Positions 36,938-46,600 of a stretch of DNA of 64,000 nucleotides are shown in pieces. Position numbers and translations under genes: made by a program. Numbering within the stretch: the first letter of the stretch is position 1; every line of letters begins with the position of its first letter. Source of the stretch: Candidatus Eiseniibacteriota bacterium (lineage in GTDB: Bacteria; Eisenbacteria; RBG-16-71-46); contig CAVUWA010000009.1 of the NCBI GenBank assembly GCA_963744995.1, positions 480,001-544,000 on the forward strand. The letters are read 5' to 3'. Below the pieces are notes generated by a model. The model made no database searches. It saw only the letters and a program-made list of their open reading frames with translations, and had not been told where the DNA came from.

Positions 36938-38500
36938 GTGTGCGCCGTCCTGCCGCCCGAAGGGCGGCTCGTCCGCCCGCGCGCCCCGTCGCGGCGACGG
37001 TCGCTCCATCCTGTCGCCGTCCTCGCGCTTTCCCTGTGGCTGTCCGGGACCTGGCCGGTCCGGCCCGCAGCGGCCGCGGCGTCGCAGGCCCTGCCGCCGC
37101 CGGCGCTGCATCCCCCATCGACCGAGATCTGCCTGAATTCGCGGATCTCCTACCATGGCGGCTGGAGCGGAACGGCCAGCGATCAGGCGATGGGGGACAT
37201 TCTCCATGCCGCCGCGCAGGCGCCTCTGACCGCGGGTCCGTGCCAGCTCTACGTCGCCACCGACGAAAACGTCTATCGCTACGATGCAGCCACCCACTCG
37301 CTGACGCTCCACCAGGCGGGCGACGCCCGCACGGATCCGACTTCGGCGTTCGAGATCGGATTCGCGGCGGCGAACGACTTGGACGCCGGCATGGCCATGC
37401 ACCTCGCGCAGCTGGAGTCCATCGCGCACTGGACGGGAACGGCCGGGCAGCTCGCGAGCTGCCCGCGCGGCACCGCGACGGAAGCGGCACAATACCTGTG
37501 GCACCCGCTCACTCCGATCCAGATCGTGGTCTGCTTCGGCATGCGGGAGGTGCAGGGATTGACGTCCACGCCCGTCGCGGTCTCCTCGGATGGCTCGCTC
37601 CCGGGCCCCGCGACCGACGGCTCGGCTCCGCTGGACGACGCCATCGCCGGGCTCACCCGCACCGCGTCATTCGATGCGCAGACGCTGACGACCGCCGAGC
37701 TCTCGCAGCTGCTGTGGGGCGCGTACGGCTGCAACGATCACCGCGCCGCGTGGATCCCCGGCACGGCGGGCCTGGTCTGCCCTTCGGGTCTTGCGCAGTA
37801 CTACCTGACCCGGCGCATCTACGCCGTGCGGGCGGACGGCGTGTACCGTTTCCACGTGCGGCTGCCGCCCGGCACGGACGCCACGACGCGGGACCATCGC
37901 ATCGAGCTGCTGACGGGAGGGGATGCCCGCGCCGCGCTGCGGGCGGCCGCTCCGGCGCTGCCCGAGGCGCCGCTCTACCTGATCCTTTGCGTCGGAGAAA
38001 CCGGGCAGCTGCCCGAGCTGGAAGTCGGTTTCGCGGCCGCGGGGGCGATGCTCGAGGCGTCGAGCCTGGGCCTGCATGGCCACACGACCCAGGACCTGCC
38101 GGGCGCCGTGCAGGCGGCCGTGCGCGGCGCCACCGGAATCCCCGTCGCGGATCTGCCGATGGCGATCGTCGCCCTGGGTCACCCCGCGGTCGCGGACGTG
38201 GGGGATCCCGCGGAGACCGGCGCCGCGCTGCGGTTGTGGATCGTGAACGCCGGTTCGCCGGGCGGAGGGATCCTGATCCGCTACGCATTGCCGGACCAGG
38301 CCCCGGTCCAGATGTCGCTCTACGACGTCTTCGGTCACCGCGTACGGGACTTCGCGGCCGCACCGTCGGGCGCCGGTCTGCACACGATCGTCTGGGACGG
38401 CCGCGGGGCGGACGGCAAGGGGGTTCCCTCCGGGATCTACTTCTGCCGGCTGGTGAGCGCGGGGCGCGTGAAGGTGGCGCGCGCGCCGGTGATCCGCTGA
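36938..38500 (+). CDS. Secreted SagB/ThcOx-like nitroreductase-family protein with FlgD-like C-terminal domain
   Basis: Signal-like N-terminus; two nitroreductase-like halves (ICLNSRISY; LTTAELSQLLWGAYG...CPSG); C-terminal YDVFGHRVR...WDGRGADG..VPSGIYFCRL. Start uncertain. Confidence 0.72.
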   Translation: MCAVLPPEGRLVRPRAPSRRRSLHPVAVLALSLWLSGTWPVRPAAAAASQALPPPALHPPSTEICLNSRISYHGGWSGTASDQAMGDILHAAAQAPLTAGPCQLYVATDENVYRYDAATHSLTLHQAGDARTDPTSAFEIGFAAANDLDAGMAMHLAQLESIAHWTGTAGQLASCPRGTATEAAQYLWHPLTPIQIVVCFGMREVQGLTSTPVAVSSDGSLPGPATDGSAPLDDAIAGLTRTASFDAQTLTTAELSQLLWGAYGCNDHRAAWIPGTAGLVCPSGLAQYYLTRRIYAVRADGVYRFHVRLPPGTDATTRDHRIELLTGGDARAALRAAAPALPEAPLYLILCVGETGQLPELEVGFAAAGAMLEASSLGLHGHTTQDLPGAVQAAVRGATGIPVADLPMAIVALGHPAVADVGDPAETGAALRLWIVNAGSPGGGILIRYALPDQAPVQMSLYDVFGHRVRDFAAAPSGAGLHTIVWDGRGADGKGVPSGIYFCRLVSAGRVKVARAPVIR

Positions 38501-38519
38501 GCCGCTGGGGGCCCGCCGC

Positions 38520-38547
38520 TTGACCGTTCGGCATGCCGCGCTACATT
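38520..38547 (+). promoter_or_regulatory. Sigma-70-type promoter of proline dehydrogenase
   Basis: TTGACC (38520-38525), 16-nt spacer, TACATT (38542-38547). Confidence 0.5.
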
Positions 38548-38565
38548 GCGCAGCCGGGGCCACCC

Positions 38566-39498
38566 ATGTCGATCTCGCGTTCGATCCTGCTCGCCGCATC
38601 GCAATCCGCGTTCCTGCGCGAACGCGCGATGCACACCGGCTTCGTGCGTCGTGCGACCCGCCGCTTCATGCCGGGCGAGCGTCTCGATGACGCCCTCGGG
38701 GCCACACGCACGCTCGAACAGCGCGGCCTGCGCACCATTCTCACGCGTCTCGGCGAAAACCTGGCGAGCGAAGCCGGCGCGCGCGAGGTGGCGGAGGAGT
38801 ACGTGGCGGCTCAGGAGCGGCTGCGCGAGACCGGACTCGCTTCCGAGATGTCGGTCAAGCTCACGCAGCTCGGGCTCGACCTTTCACCGGAGATCGCGTA
38901 CGGGAATCTGGTGCGGATCGCCATGCATGCGGCGACCATCGACCGCATGGTGTGGGTGGACATGGAGGGCTCGGCCTACACCCAGGCGACCCTGGACCTC
39001 TACCGTCGCGCCCGCTCCGAACGCGCCAACGTCGGCATCGCGATCCAGGCCTACCTGCGCCGCACGGCGGCCGATCTCGAAGGGCTGATCGCGGCGGGCG
39101 CGGCGATCCGGCTGGTCAAGGGCGCCTACGACGAACCGGCGGCCATCGCCTACCGCACCCGCGAAGAGGTGGATGCGAGCTACGTGCGGCTCGCCGAGCG
39201 CATGCTGGAATCCGACGCGCTCGCAGGCGGCGGCTGCGCCGCTTTCGGCACTCACGACGAGCGAATCATCGAGCACCTGCGTGAACATGCGGCGGCGAAC
39301 GACGTCGCGAAGGACGCGTTCGAGTTCGAGATGCTCTACGGCATCCGGCGCGAGCTGCAGGGGAGGCTCGCGGCGGGCGGGCACCGCGTTCGCGTGCTCA
39401 TCAGCTACGGCGAGGCCTGGTTCCCCTGGTACATGCGCCGCCTCGCCGAGCGTCCCGCCAATGTATGGTTCGTGCTGCGCAGCGCGTTCGCACGGTAG
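38566..39498 (+). CDS. Proline dehydrogenase (monofunctional)
   Basis: RFMPGE, SVKLTQLGL, VDMEGS, QAYLRRT, RLVKGAY, GTHD, EMLYGIR, YMRRLAERPAN. Confidence 0.95.
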   Translation: MSISRSILLAASQSAFLRERAMHTGFVRRATRRFMPGERLDDALGATRTLEQRGLRTILTRLGENLASEAGAREVAEEYVAAQERLRETGLASEMSVKLTQLGLDLSPEIAYGNLVRIAMHAATIDRMVWVDMEGSAYTQATLDLYRRARSERANVGIAIQAYLRRTAADLEGLIAAGAAIRLVKGAYDEPAAIAYRTREEVDASYVRLAERMLESDALAGGGCAAFGTHDERIIEHLREHAAANDVAKDAFEFEMLYGIRRELQGRLAAGGHRVRVLISYGEAWFPWYMRRLAERPANVWFVLRSAFAR

Positions 39499-39565
39499 GC
39501 AAAGGGTCCGGATCCGGGGATCCCCGGGGGACCGGGCCGGAGCGCCGGATGCCGCCCGCGGCCGG

Positions 39566-41584
39566 CTACGGTGCGGGCGCGCAGTCCAGCGGCGTCACTG
39601 TTGCGGGTGCGGTGAGCACCGGTGTCAGGCCCACGCAGCCGTAGACCCCCGACTGCTTGCAGTCGTACACGCCGGCCCCGATGGTCGCGGGGTCGGTCGT
39701 GCCCCACCAGTTGCCGGCCAACGACACGCCGAAGGCATCGCCCCAGCGCACGTTGTACGCCTGGTTGGATACGAGATTGCAGGATCCGACGGCCACGCTC
39801 GAAGGCGAGTCGAAGAACACACCATCGCCCGAGTTGAGGCTCACCGTCGTGTGCGCCATCGAGAAACTGGAGCCGTCCCGAACCCAGATCCCGCCCGCGC
39901 CCCCGCTCGCCGCGGTGTTGGCGGTGACCACGCAGTCGGTGACGCTCAAGACCGTGGAGTACCCGGTCATGATCCCCGTGTCACCATTGTTCTGCACCTC
40001 GGTACCGAGAATCGCCACGTCGTTTCCCTCGACGTAGATTCCACCGCCCGTGTTGTCCTCGAGCCGGCAGCCGATGATCCGCCTCTTCGAAGCCGGCCCA
40101 CCGGACATCAGCAGTGTCGGCCGGCCGACCGACGACACGCCGCTGCACTGGCGGATGATCGTGCATTCGATTGCCGGGTTGTTCGCAGCGATCACCGCGG
40201 TGGCGTATTCGACCACGCAATTGCGCAGGATGGAGCCGGAAACGTAGTTCCCCTGTCCGTCATAGGTCGCTCCAGTGGCGGTCGATCTGAGCACGACGCC
40301 ACCCCAACTCCCCGGGACCGCGCTCGTGCCCGTGAAGCGGATCGGCGCACCATTCGACGCATCGGCCACGAGGACGCCGCCGCTCGTGCCTCCCCCGACG
40401 TAGAGGGTGGTTCCCGGCTCGAATCTCAGCTCGACCCCGGGGTCGATCGTCAGCGTGGCTCCATCGACAATGGTGACGTCGGTCGAGAACTCGTACGGGC
40501 TCCCGGCCGTCCCGAATCGGGTGTCCGTGGAGATCACCTCGCCCGCGATCACACCACGTCCCTTGCATAGGATCGTTCCACAGGCCGGCCCGCAGGTGAG
40601 GCAGCTGCTCAGCCCCGGGCTGCACGACACTGGGCCGTCGATGGCCGGCGTGAAGCGCACGGTGAGCGCAGAGACGCCGGGGGGGATGGACATGAAGTCG
40701 AAGGCTCCAAAGTGGAATGGTCCGCAGCCCGAGCCGTTGTTGTAGATCGAGTGGTCCGTCGTGTTGTGGATATAGACGGTGGTTTCCGCCGTCGCCCCGA
40801 TCACGACGTCTCCGAAGTCGATCTCCGTGGGCGTCAAGTAGCACGGAGCCTGTGGCGTCGCGGGAGTCCCCTTGCCACTGAGCGCGACCGGGCCGCAGGC
40901 GGACGATCCGATCATCAGGTCGCACGCCTGCGCCGTGGTATCGGAGGGGCTGAAGCGAATCGTGAACTGCTGCGATGCGCCGGGGGCCAGGGCGTAGGAG
41001 GCGATGCCGGCGACGCTGAAGACGCCGCAGGTCTCGACCCGGCCATTCAGGTTCACCGGGCCTGTGTTGAAGATCGTGAGAGAACGATCGGCGTACGAAC
41101 CCACCTCGACCTCGCCGAAGTCGATGGACTGCGTGGACAGGGAGCAGGCGGCGAAGGCGGCCGTATCGGATGAGACCCCCATGCACACGACGCGTGCAGC
41201 TGTGTTCGCCACCTCCAGGGTGCACGCCATCGCACCGGTGACGACGGGATGGAACATGACATGGATGCCGATCGACTGCTGCGGATCGAGCATGAAGGCC
41301 GCTGAATCGAGCACCACGAAGGCCGGGTGCACCGAAAGCACCCGTGACGTCAGCGGGCCATGGCCCGAGTTCGTGACCTGGAACTCACGCGTGTGCTCGC
41401 TGGCCACGACGACCGTATCGAAGTCGACGGCCTGCGGCGTCACGGACGCCTCGGTGGACGGTGTCACAGCAGGCTCCGTGGGCGTCCGCGCGCATGCCGC
41501 GAACAGCACGCCCACGGCGAGAACACCGACGAGCAGCCCGCTCGCGCGCTTCGACGGCCCGCTGCGCTGCACCGGAATGGACAT
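39566..41584 (-). CDS. Lipoprotein with three choice-of-anchor D/ASPM-like Ig repeats and a right-handed beta-helix domain
   Basis: Lipobox LFAAC; three 'DFG-V..G....I.N.G' repeats; GSPY...LTIDPGVELRF, WGG, parallel beta-helix repeats, NWWGT. Confidence 0.78.
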   Translation of the reverse strand: MSIPVQRSGPSKRASGLLVGVLAVGVLFAACARTPTEPAVTPSTEASVTPQAVDFDTVVVASEHTREFQVTNSGHGPLTSRVLSVHPAFVVLDSAAFMLDPQQSIGIHVMFHPVVTGAMACTLEVANTAARVVCMGVSSDTAAFAACSLSTQSIDFGEVEVGSYADRSLTIFNTGPVNLNGRVETCGVFSVAGIASYALAPGASQQFTIRFSPSDTTAQACDLMIGSSACGPVALSGKGTPATPQAPCYLTPTEIDFGDVVIGATAETTVYIHNTTDHSIYNNGSGCGPFHFGAFDFMSIPPGVSALTVRFTPAIDGPVSCSPGLSSCLTCGPACGTILCKGRGVIAGEVISTDTRFGTAGSPYEFSTDVTIVDGATLTIDPGVELRFEPGTTLYVGGGTSGGVLVADASNGAPIRFTGTSAVPGSWGGVVLRSTATGATYDGQGNYVSGSILRNCVVEYATAVIAANNPAIECTIIRQCSGVSSVGRPTLLMSGGPASKRRIIGCRLEDNTGGGIYVEGNDVAILGTEVQNNGDTGIMTGYSTVLSVTDCVVTANTAASGGAGGIWVRDGSSFSMAHTTVSLNSGDGVFFDSPSSVAVGSCNLVSNQAYNVRWGDAFGVSLAGNWWGTTDPATIGAGVYDCKQSGVYGCVGLTPVLTAPATVTPLDCAPAP

Positions 41585-41644
41585 GTTCGAATTCTACGCC
41601 CCCGGCCCGTCGAGAACCACCCCCGCGGGCGCACCGCGGGCCGG

Positions 41645-43432
41645 CTACTCCAGCAGCACGGCCCGGCCGGTCGCCTGTCGGCCCGCCGCAGTCATCCGGA
41701 ACCAGTACATGCCGGGTGCCGCCGCACGGCCGTCGTCGCCGTTCCCGTTCCAGCGCACCACGTTGCCGCCGGCACGGCCCACGCCGGTGAGCGCGGCGAC
41801 CCGGTGCCCGGCCGCGTCGAAGACGTCGATCCGGTACGGTCCGGCCGCGGGCAGCTCGAACCGGAGCGCCGTGCCTCCGTGGAAGGGATTCGGGGCGCTC
41901 GACAGGGCGATGCCCGCCGGCGCGACGCCCGGCTCCACCCCGGTGACCGAACCCGACTCCCAGTAGATGTCGTCGATCGCGAACTCGCAGCCCGTGCCGT
42001 TCTCCTCGAGAATCACGAACTCGTAGTTGAGCATGCGCAGGTCGATGAGCAGGCCGCGCAGCTCGCTGATCGGAATCGACACTTCGCCCCATTCGCCGTT
42101 GCGCACGAGGCCGTACTTGGTCGTATTGGCCGGGAGCTGCACGTAGTTCTGATTGCCCCACGTGTCGATGACGCCGATCTTGAACGTGACGTTGGCGGGG
42201 ATCTTGATCCGGAACTTGAGGTTGCCGTCGCCGAGATCGAACAGGTTCACCGGCTGGACGGACTGGATGCCCGCGCCGAACCAGCCTTTGCCGTTGGTCT
42301 GCCACGCGAGGACGTTCGTTCCCTCCCAGGGCGCGATCGTGCCGTCGACGAGCGTGCTTTCCCACACCCAGACGTGCGAGGTCACGTCGGTGACGAGGCC
42401 GTCGTTCACGGGGGTCGTGTCGGTGAAGAGACCGAACCGCCCGTGCTCCGCCGGGGGCGGTCCTAGCGTGACCTCGCCCTGGCCGTTCCACTGGTAGATG
42501 CGCACGTAGTCCACGTACATCGTCGCCGGCAGCGGCATCGAGACCGGCAGGCCGCTCGCCGGGTTGCCGAGCTGCCAGCAGTCGGTGAATGCGCCGCCGA
42601 TCGCGAGATTCGTGATCATGTAGAACGGCGCTCGGAACTCGTCGGAGTCGCCGTCGATGTACAGCGCATGCGTGTACAGGTCGTGTTCGACACCGTCGTC
42701 CACGACCGTGAAGCGGATCGAGTCCTGGTCCCAGTACATCCGGTAGATCATGAAGCGGCCGTTGAACGGATTCGCGTAGTTGTAGTAGGGACGCGCGAGC
42801 GTGTCGGCCGGATCGTAGGAGATGCTGAGCGCGCCCGACGGGTTCTGCGCCGTCACGGCGGTGGGGGAGTAGTAGATCGCGTTCGCGCCGACCTGCTGGT
42901 TGACGGTCGAGTTGTCGAGCCCGTTACCGCCGTTGTGCGTATCGTGGGCGTCGCGACCGGACTTCTTGATGCCCAGCTCCATCATGTCGAGCTCGCCGTT
43001 GTACGGCCACGTCGCGTTGGCGGTGCCGAGCAGCCAGAAGGCGGGCCACCCGCCGAGGTCCAGGTTCGGCACCAGCACGCGGGTCTCGACCATTCCGTAC
43101 TTCACGGTGACGAACGACTTGCTCACCACTTTGCCCGACGTGTAGTTCAGCGGATTGCCCCACTGATCCACGATCCCCGGGCCGCTCTCGTTCTTCGCGA
43201 CGATCCGCAGCGCCTTGTTGCCCGGCTCGCCCGGAACGTCGGCGATGTCGACGTTCTCGTTCTTGTAGAACTCGAGCTCGCCGTTGCCCCAGCCCCAGGC
43301 CCCGTTGCCCTCGACCTTCAGCCAGTGGTCGAGGTTGTCGAAGTTGTCTTCCCACAACAGTGCGCCGACCTGTGCCCGGGCCGTCCCGGCCATGGCAGCG
43401 AGGAGCGCGAGCGCGACGATGAGCTTCCGCAT
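41645..43432 (-). CDS. Secreted glycoside hydrolase family 16 (laminarinase-like) with FlgD-like C-terminal domain
   Basis: Signal peptide; WGNGELEFY, YTSGK, WPAFWLLG, GELDMME catalytic motif, NLAIGG, MYVDYVRIYQ; terminal PNPF...WNG..DDG..AAPGMYWFRM. Confidence 0.92.
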   Translation of the reverse strand: MRKLIVALALLAAMAGTARAQVGALLWEDNFDNLDHWLKVEGNGAWGWGNGELEFYKNENVDIADVPGEPGNKALRIVAKNESGPGIVDQWGNPLNYTSGKVVSKSFVTVKYGMVETRVLVPNLDLGGWPAFWLLGTANATWPYNGELDMMELGIKKSGRDAHDTHNGGNGLDNSTVNQQVGANAIYYSPTAVTAQNPSGALSISYDPADTLARPYYNYANPFNGRFMIYRMYWDQDSIRFTVVDDGVEHDLYTHALYIDGDSDEFRAPFYMITNLAIGGAFTDCWQLGNPASGLPVSMPLPATMYVDYVRIYQWNGQGEVTLGPPPAEHGRFGLFTDTTPVNDGLVTDVTSHVWVWESTLVDGTIAPWEGTNVLAWQTNGKGWFGAGIQSVQPVNLFDLGDGNLKFRIKIPANVTFKIGVIDTWGNQNYVQLPANTTKYGLVRNGEWGEVSIPISELRGLLIDLRMLNYEFVILEENGTGCEFAIDDIYWESGSVTGVEPGVAPAGIALSSAPNPFHGGTALRFELPAAGPYRIDVFDAAGHRVAALTGVGRAGGNVVRWNGNGDDGRAAAPGMYWFRMTAAGRQATGRAVLLE

Positions 43433-43539
43433 GAAGGTACCCTCGTTTTCGTGGGTCCGGGCCACCCGGTCGGGGCCCCGTGGGCCCTGCGGCCCCCACC
43501 GCGCCGCATGAGCCGGTGCGAAGAATCGCGGCAAACGCC

Positions 43540-43569
43540 ATTGTAGACTTTGTGCGATTGCCGTACAAT
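43540..43569. promoter_or_regulatory. Symmetric bidirectional sigma-70-type promoter
   Basis: Plus: TTGTAG(43541-46)-17 nt-TACAAT(43564-69). Minus: TTGTAC(43568-63)-17 nt-TACAAT(43545-40). Lies between divergent genes. Confidence 0.6.
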
Positions 43570-43934
43570 CCGGCCGTTGCAGGCAGACACGGGCGCCTGG
43601 GCGCCCGAACGTCCGGCGATACGGCCGGACGCCCTGTTGCGGTCGACCACCACCGAGAGGCCACGTCGCCCATGCGCGCGCGCAGGAGTGTCACGCTGCC
43701 CGACCGTTCCTACGGTCGCGAAGCCCTCGTCGCCCGTGCATCGCGTTGCGAGCGCGGAGCGGTTTCGACCGCCAGCGTCGCTGCAATCTTCTCCGCCCGT
43801 CGCGAGACAGCTCCATCGCCGGGGGCAGTCATCACGGCCCCCGGCGTCCGGCGCCGCCTCGCGCTCCCGATTCCGATACTCGGAAGGTGCTCAGGGAGCG
43901 GGGAAGGATTCTCCGAGCGAAAGGCAGGCGCTTC

Positions 43935-44552
43935 ATGAAGACAACGGTCACACGGATGATGGGCTCGCTGTTCATCCTGGCGCTTCTGTCGGCTGCAGTG
44001 CCGGCGGCGGCCGCGAACCTCCTCTACAACGCCGACTTCGAGGGTGGCGCGCTGGCCCCGTGGGCCGGCGTGGGCGGGCTCGGTCCGAACGCTACGATCA
44101 CGCTCGCGGCGGACAACGGGCCGACGTTGCCCGGCACCACCTGCGCGTTCCTGAACAACATGGCCGAGGCCAACGGGCTGACCATGGCGCAGACGACGCC
44201 GAACGGCAGCGCGGCGCCCGGCACGGTGTTCTATTCGTACGATCTCAAGCTCGGAACGGCCGTGAACGGTGGCGTGTTCTTCGTCGAGATCTTCGCGCAG
44301 AACTCGGTCGGCGCCGTGATCGGCGGCGCCGGTCTGCAGGGCAACTACGCGCCGGCCGGCTGGACGCACTTCAGCGGGTCGTTCGTCGCACCGGCGAACA
44401 CGGATCATCTGACGATCCAGTTCGAGGCGCCGACGGGCGCCGTCGTGGGCAGCGTGTCCTCGATGTACGTGGACAATGTGGATCTGCACCAGGAGCTCGC
44501 GACCCCGACCAGCGACACCAGCTGGGGACGTTTGAAAGAGCTGTATCGCTGA
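43935..44552 (+). CDS. Secreted galactose-binding/CBM-like protein with C-terminal SWGxLKxLYR motif
   Basis: Signal peptide; NLLYNADFE...YVDNVDL beta-sandwich signature; ends TPTSDTSWGRLKELYR. Confidence 0.75.
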   Translation: MKTTVTRMMGSLFILALLSAAVPAAAANLLYNADFEGGALAPWAGVGGLGPNATITLAADNGPTLPGTTCAFLNNMAEANGLTMAQTTPNGSAAPGTVFYSYDLKLGTAVNGGVFFVEIFAQNSVGAVIGGAGLQGNYAPAGWTHFSGSFVAPANTDHLTIQFEAPTGAVVGSVSSMYVDNVDLHQELATPTSDTSWGRLKELYR

Positions 44553-44590
44553 CATGGAGTGACCTGCTGTCGAGGTCGATCAGTGGTTCT

Positions 44591-44627
44591 CCCGGCGGCC
44601 ACCCTCGCGAGGGGGTGGCCGTCCGGG
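44591..44627 (+). terminator. GC-rich hairpin after the CBM-like gene
   Basis: CGGCCACCCTC-GCGA-GGGGGTGGCCG stem with GNRA loop; no U-tract. Confidence 0.4.
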
Positions 44628-44753
44628 TCTGCGGCAGCGCCGCTCGGCGTCATGGTACCTTGCGCGTGGCGCCCGCTCCGCCATCCGCCGCGGGGCGCGG
44701 GATCAGGAGCGCCGTCGACGCTGGTCGAACTTCATCGAACGCGGGGGGATACG

Positions 44754-45290
44754 TTGTCCAGACTGCTGCTGGGTTTCGTGATCGGACTTCTCATCGTGCC
44801 TGCGGCCGCGGCGTTGTACGTGTTCACGGGACATTTCCCCTTCGAGGCGACCGCCAGGCCGCCGCGCTGGGAGCGCCGGCTCGCCGGCATGGCCCTGGAC
44901 CCCGCCATGGACGCGAAGGCCAGGGCGTTTGCCAACCCGCTCACCGCCACCGACGCCGACTTGGCGAAGGGCATGAGAATCTACCGGGAGGAGTGCGCCG
45001 AATGCCACGGCGAACCGGGCAAGCCCAGCACCTGGGGCAGGAACAACTTCTATCCGCCGGCGCCGCAGCTCGCCGACCGGGGCATCGACGACCCGGTGCC
45101 CCACATCTTCGTCGCTGCGAAATACGGCATCCGCTACACGGGCATGGGGGGCTGGAAGGACGAGCTCCCGGACGACGACCTGTGGCGCGTTTCGATGTTC
45201 CTGCACCAGGTGAAGTCTCTGCCGCCGGCGGTGGCGGCGGGCTGGAACGAACCGCTGCAGGCGGACTCGAGCTCGGCGGATTCGCACTGA
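44754..45290 (+). CDS. Membrane-anchored monoheme cytochrome c
   Basis: TTG start; N-terminal TM; CAECHG, YPPAPQL, GIRYTGMGGW. Confidence 0.88.
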   Translation: MSRLLLGFVIGLLIVPAAAALYVFTGHFPFEATARPPRWERRLAGMALDPAMDAKARAFANPLTATDADLAKGMRIYREECAECHGEPGKPSTWGRNNFYPPAPQLADRGIDDPVPHIFVAAKYGIRYTGMGGWKDELPDDDLWRVSMFLHQVKSLPPAVAAGWNEPLQADSSSADSH

Positions 45291-45383
45291 CGCGAGCCGC
45301 GGCCGGTCGACGGAGCTTTCCGTCCCTTCTCGGGCCGGTGCGCACCCGGCCCCGGCGGCGGCCGCTGAGATCGGAGAGTCGGC

Positions 45384-46397
45384 ATGGCGTTTCGATTCTG
45401 GCGGCGCATTCGCCTCGCGCCCGGCGTCACGCTCAACCTGAGCAAGTCCACGGCTTCGCTCTCGCTCGGGCCGCGCGGGGCGAAGTACACGGTGAGCCCG
45501 CGCGGGTCGCGCGCCACGTTCGGGCTGCCCGGCACCGGCCTGTTCTACACGGTGAAGCCGGACGGCGCTTCGGTGCCGCGGCCGCGCAGCGTGCCGCAGA
45601 GGGATCGCCTTTCCATGAGCTTCCTCCAGCGCCTCGTGACGCCCGCGGGTGAGAAGGCGTTCGTGGACGGGCTGCGGGCTTTCCACGAGGGCCGCGAAGA
45701 CGCCGCCCTCGAGCAGCTGGAGGCGGCGGCGGACCTGCCGGACGCGGCGTGGCTGGCCGGCATGCTGCGACTCCGTCGCGAGGACCTGCAACAGGCCGAA
45801 CGTCATCTGAAGGGGGCCCTCGACGAGCGCCTCGGCACGCTGTACGAAAAGTACGGCGTGGGCGCCTCGATGGACCTCCCGGTGACGCACGAAGTCACCG
45901 CTTACGTGAGCCCGGAACCGCGCAGCACGCTGCTGGCCCTGGCCGAACTCTACCAGCAGCGCGGCGAACCGGCGGCGGCGCGTGACGCGCTGACGCAGCT
46001 GCTCCAGCGCTCGCCGGACGACGCGGTGGCGAAGGCGTCACTGGCCGAGTTGCTCCTGGACGAACGGCCGCCGGAGGCCGGAGCGGTCGTGCAGCTGACG
46101 GCCGGCATCGAAAACGAGACGCCCGTCCACACCGCCCTGCTCCTCTACAAAGGGCGTGCGCTGCGCTTGCTGGGACTCCACGATGCGGCCATTGCGGCGC
46201 TCACGGCGGCGTTCCGGCGCAGAAAGGACCGCGCGCCCGGGCTCCTGCGCGAGGTGCGCTACGAGCGCGCGCTCTCGTACGAGGCGGCGGGCCGGAGCCG
46301 CCGTGCCCGCAAGGAGCTGGAAGCGATCTATGCCGATGCGCCCGACTTCGAGGACGTGGCGACACGGCTCGGAATCGGCGGAGCGCAGGCTTCCTGA
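45384..46397 (+). CDS. DUF4236 domain protein with TPR repeats
   Basis: MAFRFWRRIRLAPGVTLNLSKS..SLSLG...GLPGTGLFY (DUF4236 signature) followed by TPR-like helices. Confidence 0.85.
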   Translation: MAFRFWRRIRLAPGVTLNLSKSTASLSLGPRGAKYTVSPRGSRATFGLPGTGLFYTVKPDGASVPRPRSVPQRDRLSMSFLQRLVTPAGEKAFVDGLRAFHEGREDAALEQLEAAADLPDAAWLAGMLRLRREDLQQAERHLKGALDERLGTLYEKYGVGASMDLPVTHEVTAYVSPEPRSTLLALAELYQQRGEPAAARDALTQLLQRSPDDAVAKASLAELLLDERPPEAGAVVQLTAGIENETPVHTALLLYKGRALRLLGLHDAAIAALTAAFRRRKDRAPGLLREVRYERALSYEAAGRSRRARKELEAIYADAPDFEDVATRLGIGGAQAS

Positions 46398-46600
46398 CGA
46401 ATCTCGCACCGGAGCGCCGCCGCGACCCGGGCCACGCAGCCGTGCCGCCCCCTTTCGGACCCCGTGGCCGCAGGTCGTCGCGGTTCTGAGGTAGATTCCC
46501 GATACGTCGTCGGCGCGGCGGCCCCGGCCTGCGCTTGACCTGCACTCCCGTCCACCGCGGGGCGATGCCTGTTCCCTGCAGAGGTTCCCAAGGAGATACG

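Noticed and set aside
35400..38500. Prophage, eCIS or T6SS locus
   Set aside because: Only a sheath-like gene is present; no tube, baseplate, spike, terminase, capsid or integrase is recognisable in the window.
34249..38500. RiPP cluster (radical SAM plus SagB-like dehydrogenase)
   Set aside because: No YcaO, precursor peptide or transporter; the genes are divergent and the SagB-like protein appears exported.
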